Position numbers and translations under genes: made by a program | Shown: in pieces, positions 10,350-20,494 of the stretch | How positions within the stretch are numbered: position 1 is the first letter of the stretch | Layout of the letters: the number at the start of each line of letters is the position of its first letter | The notes under the pieces: generated by a model | Told to the model about the DNA's origin: nothing | Seen by the model: the letters and a program-made list of their open reading frames with translations, nothing else | The model's database searches: none | NCBI GenBank assembly: GCA_963769285.1 | Contig: CAVYLE010000008.1 | Location: 9,723 to 73,722 of the forward strand | Direction of reading: 5' to 3' | Length of the DNA stretch: 64,000 nucleotides | Origin: an uncultured Verrucomicrobiae bacterium | GTDB taxonomy: Bacteria; Verrucomicrobiota; Verrucomicrobiia; Limisphaerales; UBA11358

Positions 10350-10508
10350 CGGGAAAATGCGGAAATGAAAGCGGAAAGTAGAAAGCAGCAAATCAAAAAA
10401 CAGAAATTGGGAAAGTGGAAAGCAGAAATTGGGAAAACTAAAACGCTGAAATGCTGAAATTGAAAATAGAAAGTGGAAAGCAAAAATTGAGAAAGCAGAA
10501 ATTGGGAA
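10350..10508. repeat. GAAAGCAGAAA repeat cluster, purine-strand orientation (left flank of the 4-helix-bundle gene)
   Basis: gaaagtagaaagcagcaaatcaaaaaacagaaattgggaaagtggaaagcagaaattgggaaa... 10381-10415 is the reverse complement (about 85-90 percent) of 10973-11006. Confidence 0.8.
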
Positions 10509-10874
10509 ATGAGCGGGAGACTTACAGAAGAATTTAGAGCGCGAACCAAGTTGTTTGCGGCACAGTCCATACGCCTGTATGTAAAGGTGCCGAAGGATCG
10601 GGAAGAGGTGAGGGTGTGCGGAAAGCAAATGTTGAGGGCTGGTACGTCTGTTGCAGCTCACACTCGCGAAGCGTCTCGCGCCAGGTCAGACGCTGAATTT
10701 ATCTCCAAGCTCGGTGGCAGCCTCCAAGAGGCAGACGAAACCCAAATGTGGCTGGAGTTGCTCCGCGAGGAATGTGGGATCGCCTCGGTTGACACTCTGC
10801 CCATGGAAAAAGAAGCCGATGAACTCATGGCCATCATGACCACGATGATCAACAAGACCAAAGGTAAAAGCTGA
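10509..10874 (+). CDS. four-helix-bundle protein (23S rRNA intervening-sequence protein family)
   Basis: 121 aa. FAAQSIRLYVKVPKDREEVRVCGKQMLRAGTSVAAHTREASRARSDAEFISKLGGSLQEADETQMWLELL is the typical signature of this family. Confidence 0.8.
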   Translation: MSGRLTEEFRARTKLFAAQSIRLYVKVPKDREEVRVCGKQMLRAGTSVAAHTREASRARSDAEFISKLGGSLQEADETQMWLELLREECGIASVDTLPMEKEADELMAIMTTMINKTKGKS

Positions 10875-11035
10875 AAACCAAAGTAGAAAGCAGAAATTGG
10901 GAAAGTTGAAATATATTTCTGCTTTCTACTTTCCCCATTTCTAATTTTGATTTTGTTGATTTCTGCTTTCTATTTTCCAAATTTCTGTTTTGATTTAGCT
11001 GCTTTCCCGATTTCTGTTTTTGCCTTTGTTTAACA
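10875..11035. repeat. GAAAGCAGAAA repeat cluster with a perfect 16-bp hairpin (10882-10897 / 10915-10930)
   Basis: agtagaaagcagaaat-N17-atttctgctttctact, then pyrimidine-strand units. 10980-11014 matches 29565-29599 at 34 of 35 nt. Confidence 0.85.
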
Positions 11036-11123
11036 GAACCGGCACATAAAATGCTTTTTACACTCTTGAATGAACGTAAGACATGCAGTATCAAGGTGTT
11101 GTAACCAGGTGGCGAACGTGATT

Positions 11124-12854
11124 ATGAAGGCGAACGGAGCGATGAGGATACCGGCGATGGCCTGTTTCTGCTTTCTGCTTTCCCAGTTTCTACTTTTGCC
11201 TTCTTTTGCCCGAACGTATGTCACTCCTGCCCAGTATTTGGCCAGCCAGCCAAAACCGCATTTTGCGCCGGAAAACCATCTGCCGCAGTTGACCCGCTGG
11301 GGGTGGTGCCTTTCATCCAATGTGTGCGTTGAGCTGGCGAACAATTGGGGTTACGCCCTGCCGCTGGACAACTATGCCACGCCAACACTTGCTACCAACC
11401 TTGATTCATTCAATCGGTTGATGATTTCGATGGTGTCGAACAACCCGGCCAAATATAAACTCTCGGTGATGATAGACCGGACGCTTCCGAATCCAGTTCC
11501 CGATGGATTTTGGAGCACGAATGCCGCGGGCCTGTTTGTAGATTACTATTCCAATACCTGGTCGCAAAACATTCTCACCAATGGAATATGGCAGGCCAAA
11601 AACACCAATTCGGCTGACTGGAAGGCTTGGCATCCGTGGATGAGTCCTGAAGCCCCTGACAATTATATGGCAACGCGGACGGGATATCAGATGCAGAGCT
11701 TGCGAACGATTCAATCAAACGCCCCCATTGCCATCATCCTAAATGGTGGTGAGTATGACCTTGCTGTTGACGGATGGGGGCAACCTGCTTGGCAGCAAGA
11801 CGTCCGGGTTCAGGCTCAATCTGTGATGACAAACAACTTCGGCGTGAGCAATCCTAATAACACCAACGGAATGTCATGGTGCAGGTATGTATCTCTTAAA
11901 AAAGCTCATCAGCTTGGATTTCTTACCACAGCGATAAAACAGCAATTGCCAAACCGGGAACTTTACATTTTTTATCATACAGATAACGAACTGGGCAGGG
12001 GATACATACCAACTGACCTGCACTGGATGGATTTCTATGCCCAATGGAGTTGGTGGTCTGACTATATGAACACCAATACAGACCTGCCGAGCTTCGAGTT
12101 TTATTATGGAGACACAAGCCAGTGGATTGATGCTACAAATGGTTTTCTTACAAAATATCTTAATCAGGTTGGCCATGACATCTATCTTGGATACAGAACG
12201 AATTACAGTTGGGTTACCGGAGGTTGGAGCACTACCGACACAAACGCCCTTTCAGACATTCCGCGTTACACCGGATTCCTTAAATGTCTCTATACAGGGG
12301 GGATGAATGGAGGCGTTGCGTGTTATTTTTCCCTTCCTACGGGCACAAATAACGGGTTCATTTTTGGCGGGCCGGGATTTGACGCGCCTTTCCCGTCCGA
12401 CTCGCCGCCGCATTGGTTGCAGCAAATCACGGCATTGTCCCAGGTCCACGCGCTGTTTTCCCGTTTGGAAAACTTCACTGACAACAGCGACCTGCTTCCC
12501 GGAACGCAACATCATGTGCTGTCCTGGGATCAACCGGCTTACGAGTTCACCAATACGCTGGCCGATGCAACGGCACGAGTGCTGGCGCGTAAATTGCGCA
12601 CCGACAACCAGTGGTTGATCACGGCGTGGGCTGCCAGCGGGACCAATCGTTATGTGACTGTTAACATACCAGTATTGGGTTCGGTTACCGTTCTTGCCCG
12701 CGATTCAGGAGCCGTCTATCAGGCAACAACAACCAATACGACGCTGATCGATCTGGATGGGATGCATCCCACGGCTCAACTCTTTCCTTGCTATCCCGCC
12801 GCTCAATCCTCTCCTCCCACAAACATGTCGGTGGGTCCTGGTGGTACGAATTAG
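11124..12854 (+). CDS. secreted hypothetical protein
   Basis: ORF 11070..12854. Probable start is ATG 11124 or 11142, followed by signal peptide MACFCFLLSQFLLLPSFA. I recognise no family motif. Confidence 0.5.
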   Translation: MKANGAMRIPAMACFCFLLSQFLLLPSFARTYVTPAQYLASQPKPHFAPENHLPQLTRWGWCLSSNVCVELANNWGYALPLDNYATPTLATNLDSFNRLMISMVSNNPAKYKLSVMIDRTLPNPVPDGFWSTNAAGLFVDYYSNTWSQNILTNGIWQAKNTNSADWKAWHPWMSPEAPDNYMATRTGYQMQSLRTIQSNAPIAIILNGGEYDLAVDGWGQPAWQQDVRVQAQSVMTNNFGVSNPNNTNGMSWCRYVSLKKAHQLGFLTTAIKQQLPNRELYIFYHTDNELGRGYIPTDLHWMDFYAQWSWWSDYMNTNTDLPSFEFYYGDTSQWIDATNGFLTKYLNQVGHDIYLGYRTNYSWVTGGWSTTDTNALSDIPRYTGFLKCLYTGGMNGGVACYFSLPTGTNNGFIFGGPGFDAPFPSDSPPHWLQQITALSQVHALFSRLENFTDNSDLLPGTQHHVLSWDQPAYEFTNTLADATARVLARKLRTDNQWLITAWAASGTNRYVTVNIPVLGSVTVLARDSGAVYQATTTNTTLIDLDGMHPTAQLFPCYPAAQSSPPTNMSVGPGGTN

Positions 12855-12988
12855 GAAAACCCAAAAAGCCGCATCAGTCTGCTCCCGAAATGGCACCGCC
12901 CTCTGATTTCTGCTTTCAACTTTCTAAATTTTAGCTTTAGGATGTCCGTCCTCCGTTGTCCGTCGTCCGTGGTCTGTCCTTCTGCCCC

Positions 12989-14074
12989 ATGCTGAATATC
13001 ATGCACGTTGTCGGGGCGCGGCCCAACTTTCCCAAGGTCGCGCCCATCATGGCCGAGATGGCAAAGCGACCGGACCGGTTCCATCAGGTCTTGGTGCATA
13101 CGGGCCAGCACTACGATTACAACATGTCGCAAGTCTTCTTTGAGCAGCTCGAGATGCCGGCGCCAGACGAGTTCCTCAACGTGGGCTCCGGCTCCCATGC
13201 CACACAGACCGCGGCCGTGATGACAACGTTCGAGCCGGTTGTTCTCAAACACCGACCGGACTGGGTCTTCGTGGTTGGCGACGTGAATTCAACTGTGGCT
13301 TGCGCCTTGGTCTGCTCGAAACTTGGCGTCCGGGTGGCGCACGTGGAATCCGGATTGCGGTCCCGCGACCGAAGCATGCCCGAGGAGATAAACCGTCTGC
13401 TAACCGATCAGATTTCCGACCTGCTGTTTACGCCTTCCAGGGATGGCGACGAGAACCTCATTAAAGAAGGGGTTGATCCGGCAAAGATTCGTTTCGTTGG
13501 GAATGTGATGATTGATACGCTGGTAAGAATGCTGCCGAAAGCCATCAGTCGCTCGATTCTAAGCGACCTCGGGTTGAAGCCGCAAGAGCCCGTGCTGGTG
13601 ACCCTGCACCGGCCCTCGAATGTTGATGATCCCGCCGTCCTGAAGGAAATTCTGCGGGCCTTGGTCGAAATATCGAGGAAGCGGCCAGTTCTTTTTCCGG
13701 TTCACCCCCGAACCCGTGATCGCATCAAGAACCTGAACATCAAACTGCCGGATACAACCTTGCGGCTGATCGAGCCGCTCGGATACCTGGACTTTCTCGC
13801 GGTAATGAACAGTGCACGCTTGGTCATCACCGATTCAGGTGGCGTACAGGAGGAAACAACCTTCCTCGGCGTTCCCTGCCTCACAGCGCGGCCCAACACC
13901 GAGCGTCCGATTACCATCGCCTCTGGAACCAACCAATTGGTTGCCAGCCGCTACGAGGACCTCGTCCAAGCCGTGCAGGAATCATTTGACCACCCGAAGC
14001 TGGCGGCCCGCAGGCCTGAGTTTTGGGACGGTCAGGCAGGTAGTCGCATCGTTGAGGTTATGCTTGATTTATGA
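12989..14074 (+). CDS. wecB: UDP-N-acetylglucosamine 2-epimerase (non-hydrolysing)
   Basis: MLNIMHVVGARPNFPK..HTGQHYDYNMSQVFF..DSGGVQEETTFLGVPCLT. The start is chosen inside ORF 12956..14074. Confidence 0.9.
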   Translation: MLNIMHVVGARPNFPKVAPIMAEMAKRPDRFHQVLVHTGQHYDYNMSQVFFEQLEMPAPDEFLNVGSGSHATQTAAVMTTFEPVVLKHRPDWVFVVGDVNSTVACALVCSKLGVRVAHVESGLRSRDRSMPEEINRLLTDQISDLLFTPSRDGDENLIKEGVDPAKIRFVGNVMIDTLVRMLPKAISRSILSDLGLKPQEPVLVTLHRPSNVDDPAVLKEILRALVEISRKRPVLFPVHPRTRDRIKNLNIKLPDTTLRLIEPLGYLDFLAVMNSARLVITDSGGVQEETTFLGVPCLTARPNTERPITIASGTNQLVASRYEDLVQAVQESFDHPKLAARRPEFWDGQAGSRIVEVMLDL

Positions 14075-16476
14075 GCCGCCTGTCCGAGCCTGCCGTTCCC
14101 TGCGAAAAGCCCCCTCAGGGGCTTGATCCGTCAACTCCGGAGGCAGGATCGGAAAGAGACACCTCTTCGTCACCTGGCCATAGGTCCATCCACAGCGCGT
14201 TCTTGTGGTCCGCTGTTGAACGCCTTGGCCAACAATTCGTACAATTTGGTTTCGCAATTGTTTTGGCGCGGCTGCTTTCGCCTGTGGAGTACGGGTTGAT
14301 GGGGATGCTGACGATCTTTTTTTCGGTGGCCATGTGTTTCTCGGACGTGGGCTTCTGCATGGGACTTGTTCAGCGCAACGAGATTACCAAAGATGACGAG
14401 ACGTCGGTTTTCTATTTTAACATCGTTGCCGGCGCCATGCTGGCACTGTTGCTTTGCGCGATTTCTCCGCTCGTGGCGATGTTCTACCGGCAACCGGTTC
14501 TGAAAATGCTTCTTTGTGTCTCCTCCCTTCAATTCGTGTTCATGTCATTTGGCATTGTTCAGAATGCACTCATGATGCGGGACATGGATTTCAAGACCCG
14601 GGCTTTACTCGGTAACGTAGCTACCATTCTTTCCGGGGGCGTGGGCATCGGCATGGCCTGGAGGGGGTTGGGCGTCTGGAGTCTGGTGGGGCAGATCCTT
14701 TCGCGCCATTTGTTCTTTAACTCGCTGATCTGGGCCGTGCGCCCGTGGCGGCCAAGTGGCCATTTCCGATGGGCCTGCCTCCAGTCTCTCTGGCCGTTCA
14801 GCTCGTGTATGATGGCCACCTACCTGCTGAACACGGTTTTTGACAATGTGTATTCCGTCATCATCGGCCGTTTATACCAGCCGGCGGTTTTAGGACAATT
14901 CACTCGCGCATCCGGCCTGGCGCAGCTCCCCGGCGGGACGGCAACCGACGTCATCACCAACGTGACGCTCCCGGCCTTCTCCCGGATGCAGAACGACACC
15001 GCCCGCCTCAAGTTTCAGTTCCGCAAGACCATCCGAACACTGGGGGCCTTCTATTTCCCCCTGATGATAGGACTGGCCGCCGTGGCCGGACCGCTGGTCC
15101 GGTGCCTGCTGACCGAGAAGTGGATGGGCTGTGTGCCCTACCTGCAGATTCTCTGCTTCTCGGGGATCGTTTATCCTCTCCAAGCGATGCATCGCAATGT
15201 GCTTACCGCTCTGGGGCGAAGCGATTTGGTCTTCCGCTCGGAGATGATCAAGAAGGTGATTGCTGTCATCACGGTCGCTACCACGATCTGGTTTGGCGTT
15301 ACGGCCTTGGTTTGGGGGATTCTGGCGTTATCGATCCTCAGTTATGTGGTGACGGGGCATTATACGCGGAAGCTCCTTGGATATGGATGGACCGAGCAGG
15401 GGCGGGACACACTGCCCATCCTCGCGCTCGCCCTGGCGATGGGCCTGACAGTCTGGGCGGTGGGAGGAGCGGCGGGCTTGGGAAACGGCTGGCTTGTCTT
15501 AGGTCTGCAGATCTTCGCGGGTGTCGTGTTATACGGCATCTTCGCCATAGCCGGACGCAGGAGCATTTACGCCGATGCATTCGAAACAGGCGGACATTTA
15601 TTTCGCAAGATCTTTCCGCTCGCTGTTTCCCAGGTGGAAATTGCCGGATGCAATATGCACAAGGGCCTGATTTTCGATCTGGGCATGAACAACGGTGACG
15701 ATACGGCTTACTATCTAAGATCTGGCTACAAAGTCGTTGGTGTTGAAGCCAACAAAGCATTGGCCGAACAATGCGAAAAGCGATTTGCCCGTGAAATATC
15801 GGAATCTCAACTGACAATTCTTAATATCGGTATTGGTGCTTGCGAGGGCACCTTAGACTTCTGGATATGTGACGACAACTCATTTTGGAGTTCTTTTGAT
15901 AGAAACCTCGCCACATCAAAAGGCTTTAAAGCTCACGCCCAAAAAGTGGAGGTAAAACCAGTTTCGTATCTCATTAAGAAGTACGGGGTTCCGTACTTTC
16001 TAAAAATTGATATTGAAGGCCAGGAACATGCCTGTTTGAGAAACTTGGGGCCCAAGTTGCCGGAGTATCTTTGCATGGAAGCCTACTCGGAAGATGATTT
16101 GGTATTACTCGCGGAGGTTGGATATAAACGCTTCAGGTGCATAAGTCAGTACTATTTCCTTCCCATACAAGTTGAGCCTTGCGAAGAAGCGGTGAAACTT
16201 GCGCTGGCGTTGAATCCAAAAAGTTCAGGGGCAGGCAGAATGTCAAGCCGCCTGAGGTTAAGATTTCTGAGATCCCGCCTTCGAAAACGGAATGGTTGGT
16301 CATTTCAACTTGGCTCATCTGGCCCGATGCCTCAAGAAAGCCGGGGGCGCTGGATGAACTATGATGAGATGATGCACGCCTACCGCAAGGTAAAGGCTGA
16401 AGCAGATCAAAACTTGTATCAGGGAATTCATCAACAAGGCAACGTTCTGTGGATTGATTTCCATGCCACACTTTAA
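14071..16476 (+). CDS. Wzx-type polysaccharide flippase fused to a C-terminal FkbM-family methyltransferase
   Basis: One uninterrupted 801-aa frame. About 480 aa of multi-TM MOP/Wzx-like sequence, then IFDLGMNNGDDTAYYLRSGYKVVGVEAN...GACEGTLDFW (FkbM SAM-methyltransferase motifs). ATGA overlap with wecB. Confidence 0.75.
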   Translation: MSRLSEPAVPCEKPPQGLDPSTPEAGSERDTSSSPGHRSIHSAFLWSAVERLGQQFVQFGFAIVLARLLSPVEYGLMGMLTIFFSVAMCFSDVGFCMGLVQRNEITKDDETSVFYFNIVAGAMLALLLCAISPLVAMFYRQPVLKMLLCVSSLQFVFMSFGIVQNALMMRDMDFKTRALLGNVATILSGGVGIGMAWRGLGVWSLVGQILSRHLFFNSLIWAVRPWRPSGHFRWACLQSLWPFSSCMMATYLLNTVFDNVYSVIIGRLYQPAVLGQFTRASGLAQLPGGTATDVITNVTLPAFSRMQNDTARLKFQFRKTIRTLGAFYFPLMIGLAAVAGPLVRCLLTEKWMGCVPYLQILCFSGIVYPLQAMHRNVLTALGRSDLVFRSEMIKKVIAVITVATTIWFGVTALVWGILALSILSYVVTGHYTRKLLGYGWTEQGRDTLPILALALAMGLTVWAVGGAAGLGNGWLVLGLQIFAGVVLYGIFAIAGRRSIYADAFETGGHLFRKIFPLAVSQVEIAGCNMHKGLIFDLGMNNGDDTAYYLRSGYKVVGVEANKALAEQCEKRFAREISESQLTILNIGIGACEGTLDFWICDDNSFWSSFDRNLATSKGFKAHAQKVEVKPVSYLIKKYGVPYFLKIDIEGQEHACLRNLGPKLPEYLCMEAYSEDDLVLLAEVGYKRFRCISQYYFLPIQVEPCEEAVKLALALNPKSSGAGRMSSRLRLRFLRSRLRKRNGWSFQLGSSGPMPQESRGRWMNYDEMMHAYRKVKAEADQNLYQGIHQQGNVLWIDFHATL

Positions 16477-16554
16477 TTCGATCGCCCTCCCCAAAGGCAG
16501 ACGAGCAGCCGCCCGGTTGGTTTCGTGCCGGGGTGACTAAACCCAGGACCAGAG

Positions 16555-17187
16555 ATGATAAAAACAGCAATGGACCGAGCGTACTACCTTGAAGCAGACC
16601 GTATCGCTTTGGGCCGGCAGCGGAATCCTTGCTTCACCCGGCAATGGCTTGCGGGGATGCTTTTTGCCGACGATCTCTGGAATTTTCAAATCGCGCTGCG
16701 CCGGCTGGAATACTTGCACAACCAGAAACAGAGGCTGTGGGTCCGCATACGCAAAGTTTTTGCATATCGCAGGTATCTTCGGCTCTCCCGGAGGTTGGGC
16801 TACACGATTCCGATCAATGTCTTCGGCCCAGGGTTGTCCATCGCCCACGTTGGAACGATCGTGGTAAACACCGGCGCCCGGGTGGGGGCCAATTGCCGGC
16901 TTCACGTTTGCGTGAACATCGGCACGGAGGCGGGGCACTATGATAAGGCGCCGAAGCTTGGAGATAATGTCTATATCGGGCCGGGAGCGAAGATTTTTGG
17001 GGAGATTGAAATCGCGGATGGCTGTGCGATCGGGGCCAATGCCGTGGTCAACAAGTCTTTTCTGGAACCCGGCTCGCTCATCGCCGGCGTGCCGGCAAGC
17101 AAGATCGGCGAGATTGATACCGGAAAAATCCTGGTGAAAGCAACGGACATTCTGGCAGCGCAGGGTTGGAAGTGCGGGGCGGGATAA
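16555..17187 (+). CDS. hexapeptide-repeat (serine acetyltransferase-like) O-acetyltransferase
   Basis: Left-handed beta-helix repeats: VGANCRLHVCVNIGTEAG..LGDNVYIGPGAKIFGEIEIADGCAIGANAVV. Confidence 0.8.
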   Translation: MIKTAMDRAYYLEADRIALGRQRNPCFTRQWLAGMLFADDLWNFQIALRRLEYLHNQKQRLWVRIRKVFAYRRYLRLSRRLGYTIPINVFGPGLSIAHVGTIVVNTGARVGANCRLHVCVNIGTEAGHYDKAPKLGDNVYIGPGAKIFGEIEIADGCAIGANAVVNKSFLEPGSLIAGVPASKIGEIDTGKILVKATDILAAQGWKCGAG

Positions 17188-18348
17188 TGGCACCTGCCAA
17201 TCATTCAACCCCGTTAATTTACCTGACCGTCAACGATGGCCCCTCGGGCGTTTACACCGGACAGGTCATTGACGTGGTCCGGTTGCTGCGGGAGGACTGC
17301 AAGGCACCTGCGAGGCTGGTGGCACTGGTCCCCCTGGTGCTTTTCCGAAAACATCGCAGGACGATCAAATCGCAGATGTCCGACGCGATTGTGATTCCAA
17401 TGGTTCCAAAGCTGCGGAACTGGAGGTTTAATTTAGCCCAGTTAGTGCTTGTTTTCGGCGCGTTGAGACGCGGCTCCGTCATCGCCCGCAATCCGCTGGC
17501 CGCGAACCTGGCTCTGACTTGCAGGAGTCTGGGATTGGTGAAACGGGTCTGTTACGACGGACGCGGTGCGGTGGCCGCCGAATTGGCTGAGTACTCACCG
17601 GGAAATCCCCTGGAGCGCTCAATGCCAGGAATTGAAGGCCGTGCGGTTTGCGAATCCGATTTTCGTATCGCCGTCTCCAGCAAACTGGTTGCGCACTGGG
17701 AGGAGAAATACGGCTACGCAGCTGGCAAACATGTCGTCATTCCCTGCTCCTATTCGGGGCATTTTGAGGAGTTGGACCTTGCCGCAGCCAGAGGCCGGCG
17801 TCGCGACTTGGGCTTTCTCGACGAGGACATTGTCCTTGTTTTTGCGGGAGGAACCTCCGGTTGGCAATCAGCACAATTGTTTGCCGACACCGTGTCAGCG
17901 TTCCTGGCAAAATCTCTCGCGCACAAATTAATCTGTCTCTCACAGGACCGGGGGGTGGAGCGGTTGCTGGCGCAGTTTCCGAATCAAGTCCGGCAGTTTT
18001 GGCTGGAGCCCAAGCAGGTTCCCGCGGACCATGGCGGCGGGCGACTACGGACTGCTGCTTCGGGAACCGACCATCACCAATCGCGTGGCGGCACCCGTTA
18101 AATTCGCCGAATACCTGGCCTGCGGGCTGCCGGTGATTTGTTCCGACTGCATTGGTGATTGTCCGGAGTTTTTGAAGATGCACAAGGCGGGCTTCGTCGT
18201 GGATGGAAACGCAAATGAACCTTTAGCCCTTCCTCCTGTTGCGATGGCAGAAAAGCTCCGAATTCGCGCGCTTGCCGAAAGTTGGTATAGCAAGCGGTCG
18301 GAGAGGATTAAAGCAGGATACTCCACGGTAGTAGAGCAGCTTTGCTGA
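17187..18348 (+). pseudogene. GT-B (GT4-like) glycosyltransferase split by a frameshift near 18015-18030
   Basis: ORF 17166..18101 carries the N-domain. ORF 18031..18348 (+1 frame) carries the conserved C-terminal part AAGDYGLLLREPTITNRVAAPVKFAEYLACGLPVI. Removing one nt near cccgcgg restores ..LEPKQVPRTMAAGDYGLLLRE. Confidence 0.6.
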
Positions 18349-18349
18349 C

Positions 18350-19270
18350 ATGGAGCCGACCTTTGTAACATGTGCGTGCAATAAGGACATCCACTACGCG
18401 AAAGCGCTGGTCGGAAGCATCCGTTATTTCTATCCGGACGCAAAAGTCATTGCGATCCTGGACGAGGATGTCAGCCGGCGGGACACGCAACAACTCGCGC
18501 GACGGGGTGTGAGGGCGATTCCGGTGCATGACCTCATCCGCGGGCACAAGTTGTATCTAACCGGCTTGCTGAACAAGTTCAACGTGCTTTTCCTGCCCGG
18601 TTTGGAGGAGGCACTCTTCTGCGATGCGGATTCCGTTCTCGTAGGCCCCGTGTTGGAGATGATTGAACGGAGCAAAGACTTCGTGTCCCTGAATGGAGCA
18701 AAAATTGACTTAAAGAATCCCAGGGAGCGTGCATCCTTCGATAAATGGGCAATCGATCTTGAGGGCATCGCCAAGCTCGATCCCGACTTTCAACATGACG
18801 GTTTTGTCCATTTCTTTCAGAGCAGCCACTTTTTCATAAAACCCAAGGTGTTCCCGGTGGATGAGCTGATGCGCAATCTGGAGCATCTTTCATTACAGCA
18901 TGGCGGCAAGACGATCTTCCGGGCCGGGGACCAGGGGTTTTGGAACTACGTTGTTAACAAGCAATACGTTCCAGCGGGCCGCTTTGCCCTAAACCACGTG
19001 ACGCTGCCAGCGAACGAAGACCCACAAAACCATCCTGAGCTAAGGGGCGATGTAGTCTGTGCGAAGAAGCAATCGCGGTGGGGATTTGTGCATTACATTG
19101 GCTTCTCCCGAAGGTACCGGCTCTCCGGACACAATTTTGGGGATCTGCTGGTCTTCTTTACTCGTCAGTATTACGGCGGGTGGACATTTGAGTATTGGAT
19201 GGACGAATTTTTGCGCGGCTGGCGTACAGCCCTGCGCGTGATACGGCGCAAGTTCTCCCCGCAGCGTTAA
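18350..19270 (+). CDS. putative GT-A-fold glycosyltransferase (DxD motif)
   Basis: FVTCACNKDIHYAKALVGSIRYFYP..FCDADSVLVGP. Resembles GT8-like nucleotide-diphospho-sugar transferases. Family not certain. Confidence 0.5.
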   Translation: MEPTFVTCACNKDIHYAKALVGSIRYFYPDAKVIAILDEDVSRRDTQQLARRGVRAIPVHDLIRGHKLYLTGLLNKFNVLFLPGLEEALFCDADSVLVGPVLEMIERSKDFVSLNGAKIDLKNPRERASFDKWAIDLEGIAKLDPDFQHDGFVHFFQSSHFFIKPKVFPVDELMRNLEHLSLQHGGKTIFRAGDQGFWNYVVNKQYVPAGRFALNHVTLPANEDPQNHPELRGDVVCAKKQSRWGFVHYIGFSRRYRLSGHNFGDLLVFFTRQYYGGWTFEYWMDEFLRGWRTALRVIRRKFSPQR

Positions 19271-19312
19271 GTGTTCAATGTTGAATGTTGGTTGTTGGAT
19301 GTTGATTCGCCC

Positions 19313-20485
19313 ATGCACCTCGTTCTTTTGACCAACGGCTTGTTTCCCTGGGCGGTGGGAGGAATGCAAAAGCATTCCACCAATCTCATCCGGGAATGGG
19401 CGCTTATAGGTGTTGATCTGGACGTCTATTTCACTCAGGCGCCCGGTTACCCGGCCGTTGAGGAGATTCAAAAGGCGCTTGTGCCCAACCAGGCGGCGGG
19501 ACGCGTCCGCTTCTTTGCCTGTGCGTCATCCTGGCTGCCCTACTTTCCTCTGCATCACTATGCCGATTGCTATGTCGAGTCCTGCCGGATGGCCAAGCAG
19601 TTGATGCGGGAATCGCCCCAAGCGGAGTTCATCTATGCGCAGGGGCTCACCGGATGGAAATTGCTCCGCATGAAACAAAATGGGGTGCAACTGCCACCCA
19701 TCGGGGTGAACCTGCATGGGATGGAGGCGTTGCAGGATTTCAAAGGTGGAATAAAAGAGCGCCTGCTGAAATGGGTGGGCGGTCCCATCGAGCGATGGCT
19801 TCTCCGCCACGCCGATGTTGCGCTCTCGCTTGGGGGAAGACTGGACGAAACCATCCGCAGCGCCGCCCCCCGGGCAGCGATCCTGCACTCGGGTAACGGC
19901 ATTCAGCGCGAATGGCTATGCGACCACGTTGAGATACACAACGGCGCCAGACGATTTGTGTTCGTAGGCCGTTACTCGCATCGGAAGGGATTGCATGTCC
20001 TTTACGAAGCCATTCAGCGCCTGTCGCCCGATCTGAAATTCGAGTTTCATCTGGTCGGCGACATCCCGGAGGCGAACCAGTGCAAGGATGGTCGCCTGAC
20101 CTATCACGGGCCGATCGTGAACGAAACAGCCATGAAATCCCTCCTGCGCCAGATGGATGTTCTGGTCTGTCCCAGTCTGGCGGAAGGCGTTCCGACCGTC
20201 GTGTTGGAAGGAATGGCCAGCGGATTGGCAATTATTGCCACGGACGTGGGGGCAACCAAGGAATTGGTGGATGAGTCAAATGGATGGTTGATTCCAGCAG
20301 GTGACGCTGCAACGTTGACCCGCGCTATACTCAGTGCCACCGCTCAGGACGATGGCGGGTTGCGAAAGCTCAGGCAGCGAAGCGTGGAAAAGGTCAATCC
20401 TCATTTATGGTCAAGTGTTGCTGTTGAGACGGTGGACGGGATTGGACGATACCTCGGGCAGGGAAAGAAGGGCTGTGTTTATTGA
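19313..20485 (+). CDS. glycosyltransferase family 4
   Basis: MHLVLLTNGLFPWAVGGMQKH..; C-terminal PSLAEGVPTVVLEGMASGLAIIATDVGATKELV. Start chosen inside ORF 19271..20485. Confidence 0.85.
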   Translation: MHLVLLTNGLFPWAVGGMQKHSTNLIREWALIGVDLDVYFTQAPGYPAVEEIQKALVPNQAAGRVRFFACASSWLPYFPLHHYADCYVESCRMAKQLMRESPQAEFIYAQGLTGWKLLRMKQNGVQLPPIGVNLHGMEALQDFKGGIKERLLKWVGGPIERWLLRHADVALSLGGRLDETIRSAAPRAAILHSGNGIQREWLCDHVEIHNGARRFVFVGRYSHRKGLHVLYEAIQRLSPDLKFEFHLVGDIPEANQCKDGRLTYHGPIVNETAMKSLLRQMDVLVCPSLAEGVPTVVLEGMASGLAIIATDVGATKELVDESNGWLIPAGDAATLTRAILSATAQDDGGLRKLRQRSVEKVNPHLWSSVAVETVDGIGRYLGQGKKGCVY

Positions 20486-20494
20486 TTTTTCGGT

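Noticed and set aside
8771-11035. Possible CRISPR array, suggested by the many short repeats
   Set aside because: The units are degenerate, variable in spacing and orientation, form hairpins with each other, have no unique spacers of regular length, and no cas genes are present.
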